The notes under the pieces: generated by a model
Seen by the model: only the letters and a program-made list of their open reading frames with translations
What the model was told of the DNA's origin: nothing
The model's database searches: none
From: Chitinophagaceae bacterium
GTDB taxonomy: Bacteria > Bacteroidota > Bacteroidia > Chitinophagales > Chitinophagaceae
Assembly (NCBI GenBank): GCA_036675745.1
Contig: JAKFEJ010000002.1
Location: forward strand, 959 to 64,958
Direction: 5' to 3'
DNA: 64,000 nucleotides
Shown here: positions 31,149 through 42,319 of the stretch, piece by piece
Layout of the letters: each line of letters begins with the position of its first letter
How positions within the stretch are numbered: the stretch's first letter is position 1
Program-made: the position numbers and the translations under genes

Positions 31149-33158
31149 TTACTGTACCACCGGAAACTGACTTATCCTGAGCGTAGTACAACCATACGGT
31201 ATTAAGGTAATTGTTTCGGCCGGCTGGTCTTTCAAATAACGTATCGGGCTATAAGGCAATGGTCCTGCAGTTTCATTATACAATTGCCATTCGGGAATCC
31301 GTTTTCCTTTTGCTTTTAGCTCAATAGGTGAATTTTTTAAATTCCAGGGATAACCCGGATTATTCTTTTTAATAGTTACTTCAAAAGATGTTGCCGGATC
31401 TTTTAAAAGTTCTTCAACAAGTCCATAATTCCATGGCGTTGCAGGGCGAACTTCTCTATAATCACCATACCTGTCGGTTGCTTTTACACTTTTCCAATCC
31501 TCTTCTACTTTCAATGCATATACCAATGGTCCTCTTTCAACGGCTACAGAATTATTGAACCAACGGCTGGTTGATACTTCCATCGGCAATACTAATTCTA
31601 CCACATCATTATCTTTCCATTTCCTGTTCACTTTTATTATTTGGTTTCCTTTTGGTTCTTCCCAAACTTCTCCATTAACTTTTATAGAAGCTTTCTTACA
31701 CCAGGCAGGAATTCGCAAATGCAAGGGAAAGGTTACTTGCTTTGAAGATTTAAGTGTAAACTTTATCGTATTATCAAATGGATAATTCGTCTCTTCAATA
31801 AATTTCACGTCTGTACCATCCGCCACTTTGGCTTTTACTTCGGAAGCGCCGTATACTAATGCAGCCAAACCAAAATCATCCGTAGCAAGCCATAAGTTTT
31901 GTACAAACTTCGGCCAGCCCTGGTGCATATTACTGGTGCAGCATGGAAACCCGGTGAGAATACCGAAACATTGATCCGTACCATCGTATGGTGTAACAAA
32001 ATTTCTATTATGCCGGCTAACCATTACCTGGTTGGCCTGCTGATAATATTGCCGGCCCATGTAATCATCTTCAATCTGTGTTGGCAATGCATTAAAAGCA
32101 ATTTTTTCCAGGTGATCCATCATACTGATATCGCCGGTAATAGAAATCATATTTTCCAACGAATACATCATTTCAACAGACGTACACAATTCAGAACCGT
32201 GCACGGGATCATTACCTCTTGTTAATTCATCAGCTCCATAGAGGCCATGTGCCTGGCCCAGGTAGTGACGTATGTCCTTAAAAGCCTTAGTAACCGCATC
32301 TTTATATTTCGGGTCAGGACGCTGTTGATAATAAATCAAGGGCTCTTTTATACCCTGCGCAAGATTTACCGTATGAAATTTATAAGGAGTTGCAACATCT
32401 TCTGTATGCAAAAACGTATTGGTCCAGTCAAAAGATTGTTTGTGTATGATTTCCGCCAACTCCAACAGAAATTTTTCACCCGTAATATTATACAACCAAT
32501 ATACTACCAGCAAATTATCGCCACCACGCTGAGATCCCCACCACGAATAGTGACCCAGTGGAGTTATTGGCAGCGTTTTTAACTGATACCTGGAATATTT
32601 AACCATCAGGTCGATAACTCTTTTATCATTTGTAGCATCATAATATTGTTGCAATACTTTTAACATTACCATTTTAGGCCACCAATCACGTGCACGATCG
32701 CGTTGCAAGCCGGGTTCCGGTGCAGGATCCTTTTCGGGTGGTATAGGGCCAAAATAACCATCGCTCATCTGGTTATCTAATGCCCATTCAATCCATACCT
32801 GTGCTTTCTCTTTTAATTTTTTATCATCAAGAATATATGCTAAAGGAACCAATCCATCAAGCCAGTAAGGCCCTCTCTCCCACACATCACCATCACCTCC
32901 CAGCCAGCCATTACGGCTTCCCATTACATGCGGATATAATTCATCCAGTCTTCCCCCCATACCCTTTTTCATTGTTTCTAACTGATCTAACAGCCATCCC
33001 TTTGGCTTAACATTTCCTAATGGTAATGCGAGATAAGGTTTGGATTTAAGCGGGTACCTGTTTTGCAAATAAAAATTCTTACTTGTATCAGCACCTGGTG
33101 AAGCGATTAACGTCATAACTGTAAATTTCAAAAACAAAAAATAAATTAGCTTTTTCAT
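31149..33158 (-). CDS. GH127/GH146-like (beta-L-arabinofuranosidase family) cysteine glycosidase
   Basis: WERGPYWLDG, HTVN, ELCTSVE, LEKIAFNALP, PCCTSNMHQGWPK, LIPYGCTTLRI; signal peptide. Confidence 0.82.
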   Translation of the reverse strand: MKKLIYFLFLKFTVMTLIASPGADTSKNFYLQNRYPLKSKPYLALPLGNVKPKGWLLDQLETMKKGMGGRLDELYPHVMGSRNGWLGGDGDVWERGPYWLDGLVPLAYILDDKKLKEKAQVWIEWALDNQMSDGYFGPIPPEKDPAPEPGLQRDRARDWWPKMVMLKVLQQYYDATNDKRVIDLMVKYSRYQLKTLPITPLGHYSWWGSQRGGDNLLVVYWLYNITGEKFLLELAEIIHKQSFDWTNTFLHTEDVATPYKFHTVNLAQGIKEPLIYYQQRPDPKYKDAVTKAFKDIRHYLGQAHGLYGADELTRGNDPVHGSELCTSVEMMYSLENMISITGDISMMDHLEKIAFNALPTQIEDDYMGRQYYQQANQVMVSRHNRNFVTPYDGTDQCFGILTGFPCCTSNMHQGWPKFVQNLWLATDDFGLAALVYGASEVKAKVADGTDVKFIEETNYPFDNTIKFTLKSSKQVTFPLHLRIPAWCKKASIKVNGEVWEEPKGNQIIKVNRKWKDNDVVELVLPMEVSTSRWFNNSVAVERGPLVYALKVEEDWKSVKATDRYGDYREVRPATPWNYGLVEELLKDPATSFEVTIKKNNPGYPWNLKNSPIELKAKGKRIPEWQLYNETAGPLPYSPIRYLKDQPAETITLIPYGCTTLRISQFPVVQ

Positions 33159-33214
33159 TTTTCTAAATTATGGGAAATCATATAGACATTACAGATATAA
33201 GCGTACATTCCTGA

Positions 33215-33245
33215 AATAACGTTACCGGAATTTTATACCGGAATT
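33215..33245. promoter_or_regulatory. Putative LacI operator
   Basis: AATAACGTTACCGG at 33215-33228 plus a tandem TACCGGAATT, between the divergent GH127-like and lacI genes; the same motif occurs at 42413 and 53430. Confidence 0.7.
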
Positions 33246-33295
33246 ATTTGTATAGTTTATAATAAAATCGCAAACTCCAGCCATATTGAAAATGT

Positions 33296-34321
33296 TTGAT
33301 AAATTGCAAAATGGCTTATACTCAAATAACGATTAAGGATCTTGCGAAAAAGTTGAAGATTTCCGTTTCCACCGTATCCCGTGCTTTACGCAACGCTTCT
33401 GATATTAATCCTGAAACAAAGCAGGCAGTATTAGCGCTGGCCAAAGAATTAAACTACGAGCCAAACATAATGGCGCAGGGCCTGGTGAAAAGAAAAACAA
33501 AAATCATCGGCATCATTGTCCCTGTTATTCATTCTAATTATTTTTCAGAGGCTGTGAGCGGTATGACAGAAATAGCTAATGAATACGATTATCACCTTAT
33601 GTTTTGCCAAAGCAATGAAGATGTGATACAGGAAGTAAAAAGTATAAGGAAACTGGTGTCCTGCCATGTAGATGGTTTATTAATATCTGTTTCAAAAGAT
33701 ACAACTGATGCAACGGAACTTGAAAAGGTAAGACAAAAAGGCATTCCAATCGTCATGTTTGACAGGACACTGGTTGATTTTCCCTGCAACAAAGTGGTGG
33801 TAGACGAATATGAAGGAGCTTACAAAGCGGTAGAGCATCTTATTAAAAAAGGATGCAAGCGTATTGCACATGTCGCAGGCCCCCTCAATACATCTGTTTC
33901 TGCCAATAGAATGAAAGGCTACCTTGATGCCATTACGCATTATAAGCTACCGGCAGATAACAAACTGATATATCGTTGCAATGCTTTTGAAGAAGATGCG
34001 CTGGAAGCTATAAAAAAAATAATGCGTCTTGATCCGCAGCCCGACGGTATTTTTTTTATCAATGACCTGTCGGCTATTACAGCTATTAAATACCTGCAAA
34101 AGAAGAAAATCGATATTCCCGGCACAATAAAAATTGCAGGTTTCAATGACGACCCCGTAAGTTCAATGGTAGAACCATCACTTACAACAGTGATGCAACC
34201 GGGATACGAGGTTGGCAAATTGGCGATGAGAATGCTTGTTGACGAAATCCATTCGCCTGCTACCAGTTTCCAGGATATTAAATTAAGAACACAACTAATT
34301 GTTCGTAATTCGAGTAAATAA
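33296..34321 (+). CDS. LacI family transcriptional regulator
   Basis: ITIKDLAKKLKISVSTVSRAL HTH, YEPNIMAQGL hinge, PSLTTVMQP. Likely start ATG 33311. Confidence 0.95.
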   Translation: MINCKMAYTQITIKDLAKKLKISVSTVSRALRNASDINPETKQAVLALAKELNYEPNIMAQGLVKRKTKIIGIIVPVIHSNYFSEAVSGMTEIANEYDYHLMFCQSNEDVIQEVKSIRKLVSCHVDGLLISVSKDTTDATELEKVRQKGIPIVMFDRTLVDFPCNKVVVDEYEGAYKAVEHLIKKGCKRIAHVAGPLNTSVSANRMKGYLDAITHYKLPADNKLIYRCNAFEEDALEAIKKIMRLDPQPDGIFFINDLSAITAIKYLQKKKIDIPGTIKIAGFNDDPVSSMVEPSLTTVMQPGYEVGKLAMRMLVDEIHSPATSFQDIKLRTQLIVRNSSK

Positions 34322-34355
34322 AAAAGGCGGGCAATAAAAAATTATTGCCCGCTTT
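34320..34355. terminator. Bidirectional terminator between convergent genes
   Basis: GCGGGCAATAA-aaaa-TTATTGCCCGC flanked by A and T runs. Confidence 0.8.
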
Positions 34356-34358
34356 CTA

Positions 34359-35480
34359 TTATTTTTTCTTTTTCCTGTTCAGCTTGTTTTCTTGTTTGAC
34401 CGCTGCATTGTAATCAACTACATAATGCCACCAGTTGTTTAAATGACCATCTTTCGGATTAATTCCTTTATAATGCGGAAAATGTCTCATCCACCATGTC
34501 ATATAACCGAGGTGTGTACATTTCCATTCCTGGCAATCAACTACCCTCCCATTCGTTTCTGTTACATCCGGATATTTATACCAGGTATCCGCATAGGTAG
34601 TGACTTTGGTTTTATTGATCCAGTCATAGTCGGCCATACCATTGGGCGGAAAGTGTATATTACCAATATGTGCTTTACCCGGAACAACCTTGTTGATAGA
34701 AGTGAATAACTCCCAGTTATTAAGATCCGTTGCTTTATTATCCCACCGGCCATATACTTTACGCATAATCGACTCAACCCTGTGCCCGTAGCTTTCCAAT
34801 GCCAGCGACATTTCTCTTTCATAGTTCAGTCCCATAACTGTCAGCAGGTCTTTGCAAGAGGTGCCTTGTACAGGGGTTGAATTCAGCCAAAAAGCATTTT
34901 CGCCTGCGAATGTTGATTCCCATGTACCGCCATAAGGGAATGTCCACAACCATACTTCATTGATCTCACCCCTGTCACGCATTTCACAAAAACCATAATG
35001 TTCAATGAATTTATTATAATCAAATTTTGTCCCGTCTTTTTTAAATGTTTCCCATCCCGGTTCTGACAACAGGGAAACTACACGATCGAGTGTCAGCATT
35101 TCATCTGTCTTCTTAAGACGGGTAAAAAATAAGGAGTCATCATAGATTTTTACTATTTCATATTTTACAGCACCACCGCTTACAGCGTTCAATGTATCCC
35201 TGTAATCATTCATTAACTTCCAGGGATCATGCCATTCAAACTTATAACCAGGTGTTTTAAATAGTTCATGTATTCTTTTATTGCCATGTGACGCTACTTT
35301 CGGGTCCTGCATAACCACTGCAACCTTAACAGTTATCGGTTTCGCGGCTGGCAATACCTTCTGTTTTTTTTGCGCATTGGTAAAAGGCAAAAGGAAGAAA
35401 AGACAGCTAAGGATAATACACAACCTGCAGGTGACTGACCTTGCTTTTAAGCTAAATTTGTTTTCATTAAACCGATCCAT
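34359..35480 (-). CDS. Secreted hypothetical protein, possible zincin-like metallohydrolase
   Basis: Signal peptide; EVWLW, MGLNYER, ESYGHRVE, GNIHFPPN, NNWW. Confidence 0.65.
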   Translation of the reverse strand: MDRFNENKFSLKARSVTCRLCIILSCLFFLLPFTNAQKKQKVLPAAKPITVKVAVVMQDPKVASHGNKRIHELFKTPGYKFEWHDPWKLMNDYRDTLNAVSGGAVKYEIVKIYDDSLFFTRLKKTDEMLTLDRVVSLLSEPGWETFKKDGTKFDYNKFIEHYGFCEMRDRGEINEVWLWTFPYGGTWESTFAGENAFWLNSTPVQGTSCKDLLTVMGLNYEREMSLALESYGHRVESIMRKVYGRWDNKATDLNNWELFTSINKVVPGKAHIGNIHFPPNGMADYDWINKTKVTTYADTWYKYPDVTETNGRVVDCQEWKCTHLGYMTWWMRHFPHYKGINPKDGHLNNWWHYVVDYNAAVKQENKLNRKKKK

Positions 35481-35527
35481 GATACGTAATTGTATTTAAA
35501 TGTATATATGCCAGATAATTAAAAATA

Positions 35528-36622
35528 TCAGAATGTGCCATCGAGGTGTGTATAAGGAAACCTGGCTGAGATAACCCAGGTACCACTTTCATTAAACAGT
35601 ACTTTAGACCTAAGCCTGATGTACCATTTTGATGCACCCCAACTGTCTTGCGGCCAGGGATTGAGAAAAGGATATTTCATATCAGTATATACTTCTTTGT
35701 GAAGCTTTGCCGTATCCAAAACATTAAACCCCATCGTACCACCTTTCAGATAAGAAAGCAAATCCTGTCTTGCAGGCCATGGTGTAATTGGAAACTCTAC
35801 CATTACACCTTCGGGCGTATTGGCCCTGTTTACTGCATAATCCAAATAACTTTCTGTGCCACTTGAATACGTTGCATATTCCTTTGAGTCAAAAACTACT
35901 CCTTCTGCATCCTTGTATTGAATCAATACTTTCACACCCGTTGCCGGCTCATTACTTATCTTGTATATATCCACCAGTTCTTTCCCATTTCTCTGGTAAA
36001 TATTATTATGACGATCAAATGCATCTTCTGTAATATTATCGTATAATGTAAAGATGGCCTCGCCCCCATTATTAACCAGCAGAATGGCAGTGGCTGCCTG
36101 GAAGAAAGTAAAGGGCTTTTTATCAGATGTCAGTTTCAGAATAGCATAGTCTTTATACAACTTCTCTCCTTTGGAGTTTGCCACTTTAACATCCATGCTA
36201 AAAACATCACCTGGTTCTTTTAAATTGCTTGTTGTTTCCAGGAATTGTATCATTCCATTAACCGGGTTAATACTGACACTGGGTATTTCTTGTTCACTAA
36301 TCTTGGCTTTTATCAAAGCCATAGTTGTATCGGTTTTATTGTTGTAGGGCTTAATCCAGGAGCTGTACAAATATTTTTGAAAAAACTGTTCTGAACGCAA
36401 GCCATTTTTATCCCTGATATTTTCAATTGAAAATACTCCGGGTTTTGATGATCCGTCAAGCCAGGCTATATCGGTGCTGCCTTTTCCGCCTAATGGGACT
36501 AATATGGTATCCGCACCTTTCAGGTAAATGTCATCGCTTAAAAAACCCTTTTCATCAGAAACTTTATAGCAACCCGACAAGCTCAACAGAGCGATTGAAT
36601 AAACTATTATTTTTTTCATCAA
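35528..36622 (-). CDS. DUF5007-like surface lipoprotein
   Basis: Lipobox SGC then YKVSDEKGFLSDDIY, DGSSKP, MDVKVANSKGEK; located after the fasciclin gene in a SusCD operon. Confidence 0.65.
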   Translation of the reverse strand: MMKKIIVYSIALLSLSGCYKVSDEKGFLSDDIYLKGADTILVPLGGKGSTDIAWLDGSSKPGVFSIENIRDKNGLRSEQFFQKYLYSSWIKPYNNKTDTTMALIKAKISEQEIPSVSINPVNGMIQFLETTSNLKEPGDVFSMDVKVANSKGEKLYKDYAILKLTSDKKPFTFFQAATAILLVNNGGEAIFTLYDNITEDAFDRHNNIYQRNGKELVDIYKISNEPATGVKVLIQYKDAEGVVFDSKEYATYSSGTESYLDYAVNRANTPEGVMVEFPITPWPARQDLLSYLKGGTMGFNVLDTAKLHKEVYTDMKYPFLNPWPQDSWGASKWYIRLRSKVLFNESGTWVISARFPYTHLDGTF

Positions 36623-36666
36623 TTACTTTTTAAAATGTATTAAATCATATTACCATACCGGCGGGC

Positions 36667-37443
36667 TTATAATAAATCATCAGCCCTTGTTCCAAAGAAG
36701 AATAAGGTGTGGTAATAATAATGATCTGAATAAGAATAATCACCAGTGTAAATAACATGAACGGCGCCGGTATTAGTCAACACATCAGATATGTACATGG
36801 TATAGACCTGGTCACATTCCACATTGTCGTATCCCAGTGATACACGCTGATTAGCTGAAAACTCCCAGTTATTACCTCTTTTAAATTGTATATAAACTTT
36901 GATGGGTTTGCTTTGCATGAAATTGGAATACTGGTACCCGGCGCCGGGTGAGCCGCCACCATCCCAGGCCGCTCCAGGCTCGGCAATCGCTTCCGCAATA
37001 CTCAACCGGACAGAATCACCAGCTTTGTGTGTTGGCAGTATGATTCCCTCCGCGGGTATAGTTGAACTCAGGTATTTATTATCTACGATATACGTTCCCA
37101 ATTGCTGCAGATCAGCAGTGGGGATATCATCGATAGTCATGCGGGGGCTGTTTGGATCGAGGCGCAGCAAACGGTTATTCTTTCTTTGCAGATACCGGTT
37201 AATGGCGTAATTGCTCGGAGCGAATATGGTCACATCCCCGTTTACTTCGTTCGTCATCCCCGCCCTTTCAATCAAAGCCGCGGTCTGCGAAGTAACCTCA
37301 AATGATTTTAAAAACTCAAAACTGGTTTGATTTACCTGGTTCGTTTCATTTTTATCACCGCCAATAATATATCCATCTTTTTTACAGGAGAATGAAATGA
37401 CAGCTAAAAATAACAGAACAGGGAATATGCATCTTTTTATCAT
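36667..37443 (-). CDS. Fasciclin-like lipoprotein
   Basis: Lipobox FSC, VTIFAPSNYAI (H1), SDVLTNTGAVHVI (H2). Confidence 0.75.
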   Translation of the reverse strand: MIKRCIFPVLLFLAVISFSCKKDGYIIGGDKNETNQVNQTSFEFLKSFEVTSQTAALIERAGMTNEVNGDVTIFAPSNYAINRYLQRKNNRLLRLDPNSPRMTIDDIPTADLQQLGTYIVDNKYLSSTIPAEGIILPTHKAGDSVRLSIAEAIAEPGAAWDGGGSPGAGYQYSNFMQSKPIKVYIQFKRGNNWEFSANQRVSLGYDNVECDQVYTMYISDVLTNTGAVHVIYTGDYSYSDHYYYHTLFFFGTRADDLL

Positions 37444-37463
37444 AATAGTTTCTTTTTTTTAGT

Positions 37464-39068
37464 TTACCAAACTGTTTTTCCATTCCAAAAAGGCGTTTGT
37501 GTAAGCAGTTTGTTTGTCGTTAGAATGTTGCTGCTTACCGGCCAGTAGTAGCCTTTTTGCGCATACCTTTCAGGGGTCATCGCAGAAGCAAACGGGAAAT
37601 AATTGTTACGGACGAAATCGAAGAAGATCTGTCCTTCGCCAATCAATTCACTGATGCGTTGCTGAAGTACTTCATTAAGAAGATCAGCTCCTGAATAAGC
37701 CTGTAAATCCGCACGGTTACGAATTTCATTTACGATAGGAAGAGCTTTACCCGGTTCATTGTTTTTAATATAGGCTTCAGCCAATAACAACTTAACACCC
37801 GTATAACGAAATACAGGAATGTTAGCTTCGGCGAAATAGGCGACATATTCGTTCCACTGGCGGGCAGGATCAACTGAAAATGAAGAGAACTTCGTCATCC
37901 AGGTTACTTTATTACGATCCCTGGCTACCTGGCTTACATCAGAAAAAGGTTCATCATAATTAGAGTCCCATGCATCAAAGAAAAGAGTGGCTCTTTTATC
38001 TTCTGGATATTCCGGATAGATATTTCCTTTTTTAGAAAAAGGGATATAGTTGATACTGCTTGCCCTGTCTTTGGCAACATCGCCGTCTAATGGCGTTAAT
38101 TTAGTAGTAATAAATTCAATACCACCCTGATCCACACGGTAGGTCTCATTTTGATCAAAAGAAACATTCAATTCAAATACCGCTTCCGTTGACTGACCTT
38201 TATACATATTCTTAACAGAAGCCGCATCTGTATAACTTGCGAGGCTGTACCGGCCATTCGTAGTTACCTCTTCCAATGCAGTTACTGCATTGGTTATATA
38301 GGTAGTATTGGGCTGGCCTTCTCTTTGTTTAAGAAAAGCCATCCACAAGTTTGCATAACCAGTCAATGCCTGCGCACTTCCTTTATTTGCACGAATTCCC
38401 CATTTGGCAGAACCAGGTGTTCCATATTCAAGATTAGTAACAGCAATAGCTACATCAGCTAATACCTGTTCCATTACCTGGATATCAGTTGATCGTGGTA
38501 TATTGATCAAAATATTATCTTCTGTGATTACCTGGGTAGAACTCTCAATCGATTCTATCATTAAAGGTGCATCACCCCAGATGCAGGCAATATTATAATA
38601 GGTCAGTGCTCTTAAAAAATAAGCTTCGCCCAGAATGGCAGCTTTTCTTCCCTGACCAAAAAGTTTTTCGTCCATCCCTTCTACTTTCGAGATCACCAGG
38701 TTTGTTTGCGCTATTACTTTATAAAAACCATTCCATTGTGCATAGGACTCTAATGCACCCCATGATTTTTGTGTTCCGTTTACGTTCGCAAAATTGCCGC
38801 TCTTGTAAAAAGCATCGCTTGATCCCCCGTTCCACCCTTTGTTAATAAGCCCGGTCGTTACATCACCACGGTTATACATCTGAGCATTGACCATCAATCC
38901 GCGATAAAGTGAATAAATACCCAACATCGCAGTTTCAGCGTCTTTTTCACTTTTCCAAAAAACCTCATTATAAACAAGGTCAACTTGTTTGGGTGATAAA
39001 AAATCTTTTTTACATCCTGTGCCCATTATGACTACAACAGCCAACAGGTATATTGCTTTCTTCATCAT
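37464..39068 (-). CDS. RagB/SusD family lipoprotein (PUL4)
   Basis: Lipobox TGC, GEAYFLRALTYY, FRYTGVKLLLAEA, ELIGEGQIFFDFVR. Confidence 0.95.
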   Translation of the reverse strand: MMKKAIYLLAVVVIMGTGCKKDFLSPKQVDLVYNEVFWKSEKDAETAMLGIYSLYRGLMVNAQMYNRGDVTTGLINKGWNGGSSDAFYKSGNFANVNGTQKSWGALESYAQWNGFYKVIAQTNLVISKVEGMDEKLFGQGRKAAILGEAYFLRALTYYNIACIWGDAPLMIESIESSTQVITEDNILINIPRSTDIQVMEQVLADVAIAVTNLEYGTPGSAKWGIRANKGSAQALTGYANLWMAFLKQREGQPNTTYITNAVTALEEVTTNGRYSLASYTDAASVKNMYKGQSTEAVFELNVSFDQNETYRVDQGGIEFITTKLTPLDGDVAKDRASSINYIPFSKKGNIYPEYPEDKRATLFFDAWDSNYDEPFSDVSQVARDRNKVTWMTKFSSFSVDPARQWNEYVAYFAEANIPVFRYTGVKLLLAEAYIKNNEPGKALPIVNEIRNRADLQAYSGADLLNEVLQQRISELIGEGQIFFDFVRNNYFPFASAMTPERYAQKGYYWPVSSNILTTNKLLTQTPFWNGKTVW

Positions 39069-39085
39069 GTTTACTTGTTAAATTT

Positions 39086-42000
39086 TTAGAATTGAATATT
39101 TATACCAAGCACCATACTCCGGTTAATGGGATAGCCTTCCCCGTTATAATAACCGGTTTTGGAAACCATCCTTGGATCCGGAATACTTGACGCTTTCCAG
39201 ATCAAAGCGTTTCTAACCGTAGAATAAACATTCACCCTGCGCAGGCCCATCTTTTTCGCAAACTGTTGTGGGAGGTTATAAGACAATGTTATATTATCAA
39301 GGCTCCAATAGTCGCCTTTTTCTATAAACATTGAAGAGCTCCGGAATGAACGGGCACTTCCCCCGTCACTATAACTTATGAAGCGCATTGGATAGTAAGC
39401 ATTATCACCCGGCTTTTCCCAGAATTTAATATCCCCGGATAAATCATATAAGGCATCCGTAAAAAACATGGTGTTGTCATCATACTGAGACAGCATCTGC
39501 TGAAGTGAGGTATTGAAAATATAATGTCCAAAGGCAAATGAACTTTGAATGCGCAGATTAAATTCGCCAAACTTCAAATTGGTATGTAAACCACCCTGGA
39601 TCTTTGGTTCCGGAGATTTATTCTCAATGATTTTTTTATCATTGCCATAATCGCCTCCGTCTATCATATAATCACCATTCACATCCGTATAAATGGGCAT
39701 ACCTAAAAATATTTTACCCTGCTGATTAATGGCAAGCCCCGCATCGGCCCCATAATATTTCACGGGTTCCCCGGTCATTGGATTTACTGGTAAATCGTCA
39801 AGATCTTGCAATGCACCAAGGTATTCGTAGGTGTAATATTGAAATGCCGGGCGATTCAACACAAATGCGTAATCACCGGAAATATAATCGCGGCCTTCAT
39901 TTCCTAATTTGGCAATGCTGCTGTTATTACGTGCCAGGTTTAAAGTTATATCCCACTGAAATTTATTATTTCTCGGAAATAAATACCCGGTAACACCAAT
40001 CTCATAACCGTTGCTGATCATATCAACAAGGTTGGACCGGATAGAATTGTATCCGGCTTGCGGCGACAATTGGGAAACATATACCAGTCCTGAAGAATAT
40101 CTTGAGTAAACATCAGCCGTAACATACAGCCGGTGCTTGAAAAACTCCAGGTCCAAACCATAGTTCACTTCTGTTGACTTACTCCAGGACAAAGACCGGT
40201 TGGCGATCTTATTAAAATCGGCCATTACAGTACCATCACCGCCATAAGTAGTCACATCAATCCTATTCGCATTGATGTTGTTGATCCCGGCGCCAATGTT
40301 TGAACCGGTAATGAGTGAATTATATTGTAAAAGAGGGTCTGCTGCAATACTTCCTGAAGATCCATAGGATAACCGGATCTTTCCAAAAGACACTATATCT
40401 TTTATCTTTTCCAGGAAAGGCTCTTCAGAGAATATCCATGCTCCTTTTACAGACGGGAATGTGGTCCATTTATTATTAGAACCAAATCTTGACGAAGCAT
40501 CACGACGCAATACCCCTTCAATTTTGTACCGGTTCTTATAATCATAAGAAATGTTTCCGAAATAAGAAAGCAGGTTGGATCTTACGATATCACTACTACC
40601 GCCAATATTCTCTTTTTTAAATCCCTGTACTACCTGGATGTAATCACTTGAGCCGTCTTCTGCATACAAACTCGTCATGGACTGATGATCCATATTTACT
40701 TCTGTGCCTGCAAGACCGGTAACCTGATGGTCACCCATTTTCTTGAAATAGCTGAGTATGGAATGAGCATTCATAGTGATATTGGTACTGGAGGAAGATT
40801 CCGCATACGACAAAAGGTTGTCCGAAGCTGTAGATGGAACAAAATAATCTCTCTTTCCAAAATTCACCGTTAGCGCAGCCTGGTTATCCCATGTTATGTT
40901 ATCAGTGATTTTGTATCGCAATCCTTCATTGATAGTAGCCAGGTAAGTTTTGTTGTTATTAAACGTATTACCCAGTTTACCTGATAAAAGGTCGAGCTCT
41001 TCATCGGTTTTATAGTACAGGGAAGAAGGCAACCGCGTAGGACTGGTAGGAAATGACCGCAGATTATTCGTTTGTCCGCCTTTCCTGTCAAGATAAGTTA
41101 AACGAAAGGACAGGTCATTGTGCAGTTTCTTTGAGATCTCGTTCGTCAGGCTTGCATTCAGGGTAAATCGCTTAAATCCAAAACCAACGAGCACACCCTT
41201 TTCGTTATAGAAACCAAGCCCAACCCTGAAAGTACTTTTTTCATTACCACCATCCATGCTCAGGTCGTATTGATTTGTTATTCCTTTCTGATAAAACATT
41301 TTTTGATAATCGTACGCATTATTAAAAGCATTATTGTTCCTGTCTGTTAGCACAGCAGGCAACATATAACCTTCAACTTCTAATCCATTACGGACATCTA
41401 CCCATGCTCTTTCACCAAACAGGCCTTTGAGGCTTTCTTTGTAAAGACGAAGTTTTTCCTGTCGTTCAGCTTCCCCGATATATACTTTTAATTTTTCCGG
41501 CTCAAAATTTATGCCCTGTGCAGTGCTGAAACTGAAACGGGTTGGCATGTTTTTACCCCGCCTGGTTTTGATAATAACTACTCCATTAGCACCCCTCGAT
41601 CCATAAATGGCAGTAGCGGCGGCATCCTTCAGGATATCGATCGATTGAATCTCATCCGGGTTTAAAGTAGCAAAGAAATCATTCTGGCTTACATCAAAGC
41701 CAGCCAGGTCTTCCAGTGCTACAGGTACGCCATCAACAATATAAAGCGGATTACTTAATCCATTTACATCACTGGCATCGGACAAACTGGTATTACCCCG
41801 GATAACAAGTCCGCCACCAGACGCTCCCGGCAAACCGCTACGAACGACGGCTTGTACACCCGGTGCTTTACCGGCAAGCAGGTTAATTAATGAAGGAGCT
41901 GAAATATCATCCAAATCTTTTACATTAATGGACGATACAGAGCCTGTAAGATCTTTTTTGATAACACTTTTATATCCTACCACAACCACTTCATCCAAAC

Positions 42001-42319
42001 CTTTGTTATCAGCCTTCACCAATTGAACATTGATAACAGAACGGTTGTTGATTTTTACTTCCTGCTCCTGGTATCCTAAAAAAGAAAATACAAGCGTACC
42101 CTTTGCCGGAGACACTATTGAATATTTTCCGGAAGCATCAGCCAATTTGCCGGCCTTCTTTTCTTTGATTGTAACAGAAGCGCCCTGTAATACAGCGCCA
42201 TTCTCAGCATCTGTTACCTGTCCGGTTATGGTTATTTCCTGGCCATATACTGCAGACGCACCTGCAAGTATAAAAACAAAAAGAAACCCTAACATGAGAT
42301 TTTTTTTCATAAGCATCAT
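39086..42319 (-). CDS. SusC/RagA TonB-dependent transporter (PUL4)
   Basis: LKDAAATAIYGSRGANGVVIIKT, RRDASSRFG, C-terminal Phe. Confidence 0.95.
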   Translation of the reverse strand: MMLMKKNLMLGFLFVFILAGASAVYGQEITITGQVTDAENGAVLQGASVTIKEKKAGKLADASGKYSIVSPAKGTLVFSFLGYQEQEVKINNRSVINVQLVKADNKGLDEVVVVGYKSVIKKDLTGSVSSINVKDLDDISAPSLINLLAGKAPGVQAVVRSGLPGASGGGLVIRGNTSLSDASDVNGLSNPLYIVDGVPVALEDLAGFDVSQNDFFATLNPDEIQSIDILKDAAATAIYGSRGANGVVIIKTRRGKNMPTRFSFSTAQGINFEPEKLKVYIGEAERQEKLRLYKESLKGLFGERAWVDVRNGLEVEGYMLPAVLTDRNNNAFNNAYDYQKMFYQKGITNQYDLSMDGGNEKSTFRVGLGFYNEKGVLVGFGFKRFTLNASLTNEISKKLHNDLSFRLTYLDRKGGQTNNLRSFPTSPTRLPSSLYYKTDEELDLLSGKLGNTFNNNKTYLATINEGLRYKITDNITWDNQAALTVNFGKRDYFVPSTASDNLLSYAESSSSTNITMNAHSILSYFKKMGDHQVTGLAGTEVNMDHQSMTSLYAEDGSSDYIQVVQGFKKENIGGSSDIVRSNLLSYFGNISYDYKNRYKIEGVLRRDASSRFGSNNKWTTFPSVKGAWIFSEEPFLEKIKDIVSFGKIRLSYGSSGSIAADPLLQYNSLITGSNIGAGINNINANRIDVTTYGGDGTVMADFNKIANRSLSWSKSTEVNYGLDLEFFKHRLYVTADVYSRYSSGLVYVSQLSPQAGYNSIRSNLVDMISNGYEIGVTGYLFPRNNKFQWDITLNLARNNSSIAKLGNEGRDYISGDYAFVLNRPAFQYYTYEYLGALQDLDDLPVNPMTGEPVKYYGADAGLAINQQGKIFLGMPIYTDVNGDYMIDGGDYGNDKKIIENKSPEPKIQGGLHTNLKFGEFNLRIQSSFAFGHYIFNTSLQQMLSQYDDNTMFFTDALYDLSGDIKFWEKPGDNAYYPMRFISYSDGGSARSFRSSSMFIEKGDYWSLDNITLSYNLPQQFAKKMGLRRVNVYSTVRNALIWKASSIPDPRMVSKTGYYNGEGYPINRSMVLGINIQF

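Noticed and set aside
30335-31205. Track ORFs 30354..30692, 30335..30577, 30735..30950 and 30957..31205 as real genes
   Set aside because: No recognisable motifs; most overlap the MFS and IS66 tnpA relics and are better explained as shadow frames.
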